Both the position numbers and the translations under genes were made by a program. The notes below the pieces were generated by a model. The model was not told the DNA's origin, did not search any database, and saw nothing but the letters and a program-made list of their open reading frames with translations. A DNA stretch of 62,379 nt from a virus (Duplodnaviria; Caudoviricetes), in the IMG/VR virus record IMGVR_UViG_3300011415_000001, positions 1 to 62,379 of that record, one strand, 5' to 3'. Shown in pieces: positions 61,810 through 62,379 of this stretch; positions within the stretch are counted from its first letter, which is position 1; every line of letters starts with the position of its first letter.

Positions 61810-62379
61810 CTACCCCCTCATCCCCGGCTCAGGTTCCAGCTCGCCACCGGGCGCGAGCTCGTTGATTGGTTCCTGTCGCTTCACGGCGGCTCGACCAGAA
61901 CTGAGCTTGCCACCACCAAGCGGATCGCTGGCGGCCTTCACCGTGGCCCCGGAAATGTCCGGCTCGGCAGCCTCCAACTCGATGGCGGGCTCCGGTACGG
62001 CCATGGCGAGCATCGAGTCGAGTGCGTCCGATGTTTGCACGTCCTCAGCTACAACCTCGCGCGGCTCCTCGTTTATACCCTCGTCCATATCAATCGAGTG
62101 GAGCGCCCGCAGATCCCGCGTGGAAAGCTCGAGCTGCTTCCCCAACCGATGCACCACTTTGGTAATGGCCATGGCTCCAGGGTCCGTTATCCACGGCGAC
62201 TTGTCGTTGCCATACTTGATCGCGCTCTGATAGCTCTTGGACCTGTCGCGCGATCGCTCCACATCCGCGCGCCACATCCACGCCATTTTCGTTGTGCGGT
62301 CGCGGTACGTCGCAACCGCGTAGGCCCCTATTAGGTTGGCGATCGTGCGATCGCCGCTAGGCTCATGCGGCGTGTGAAC
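61810..62379 (-). CDS. recT: RecT, C-terminal part
   Basis: GAYAVA...M...VE..R..SK...SPW..D..AMA.TKV. Confidence 0.88.
   Translation of the reverse strand, partial: VHTPHEPSGDRTIANLIGAYAVATYRDRTTKMAWMWRADVERSRDRSKSYQSAIKYGNDKSPWITDPGAMAITKVVHRLGKQLELSTRDLRALHSIDMDEGINEEPREVVAEDVQTSDALDSMLAMAVPEPAIELEAAEPDISGATVKAASDPLGGGKLSSGRAAVKRQEPINELAPGGELEPEPGMRG
62257..62379. repeat. Terminal direct repeat, right copy
   Basis: Identical to 1-123. Confidence 0.95.

Noticed and set aside
1-62379. High density of GATC/TCGA/CGATCG words as a HIP1-like signal
   Set aside because: Plausibly explained by ATC/CTC/GTC-GAN codon usage in a GC-rich genome; cannot be judged without a codon-aware count

Overview
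The window is an apparently complete, circularly closed, GC-rich tailed-phage genome (about 62,256 bp). Positions 1-123 are identical to 62257-62379, and the junction falls inside recT. It looks like a siphovirus with an HK97-type head and a lambda-like tail tip. A divergent promoter region at 1802-1901 drives two arms. The short rightward arm (1902-11900) holds many small, often Cys/Zn-finger genes, a J-domain protein, a Lar-like protein and a beta-helix protein. The long leftward arm wraps round the circle: HNH, PD-(D/E)XK exonuclease, RecT, RusA, an ASCH-like protein, an Arr-like ADP-ribosyltransferase, two DNA methyltransferases flanking a DUF1376 initiator with iterons and a helicase loader, a sigma-70-family factor, then terminase, portal-gpF fusion, protease, capsid, neck, tail tube, frameshifted chaperone, tape measure, tail tip, fibre/accessory genes and a membrane-protein-rich lysis-like cluster. 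I recognised no integrase, CI-type repressor, polymerase, tRNA, CRISPR array or canonical endolysin. The most striking element is a formylglycine-type sulfatase with a full set of catalytic motifs and no signal peptide, sitting in the tail-fibre module behind a BppU-like adaptor. Three right-handed beta-helix proteins accompany it, one in the usual endolysin position. Together these suggest a phage toolkit for attacking a sulfated host surface glycan. A sulfatase-rich host such as Planctomycetota is inference only. All family assignments come from motifs read by eye; no database searches were run.
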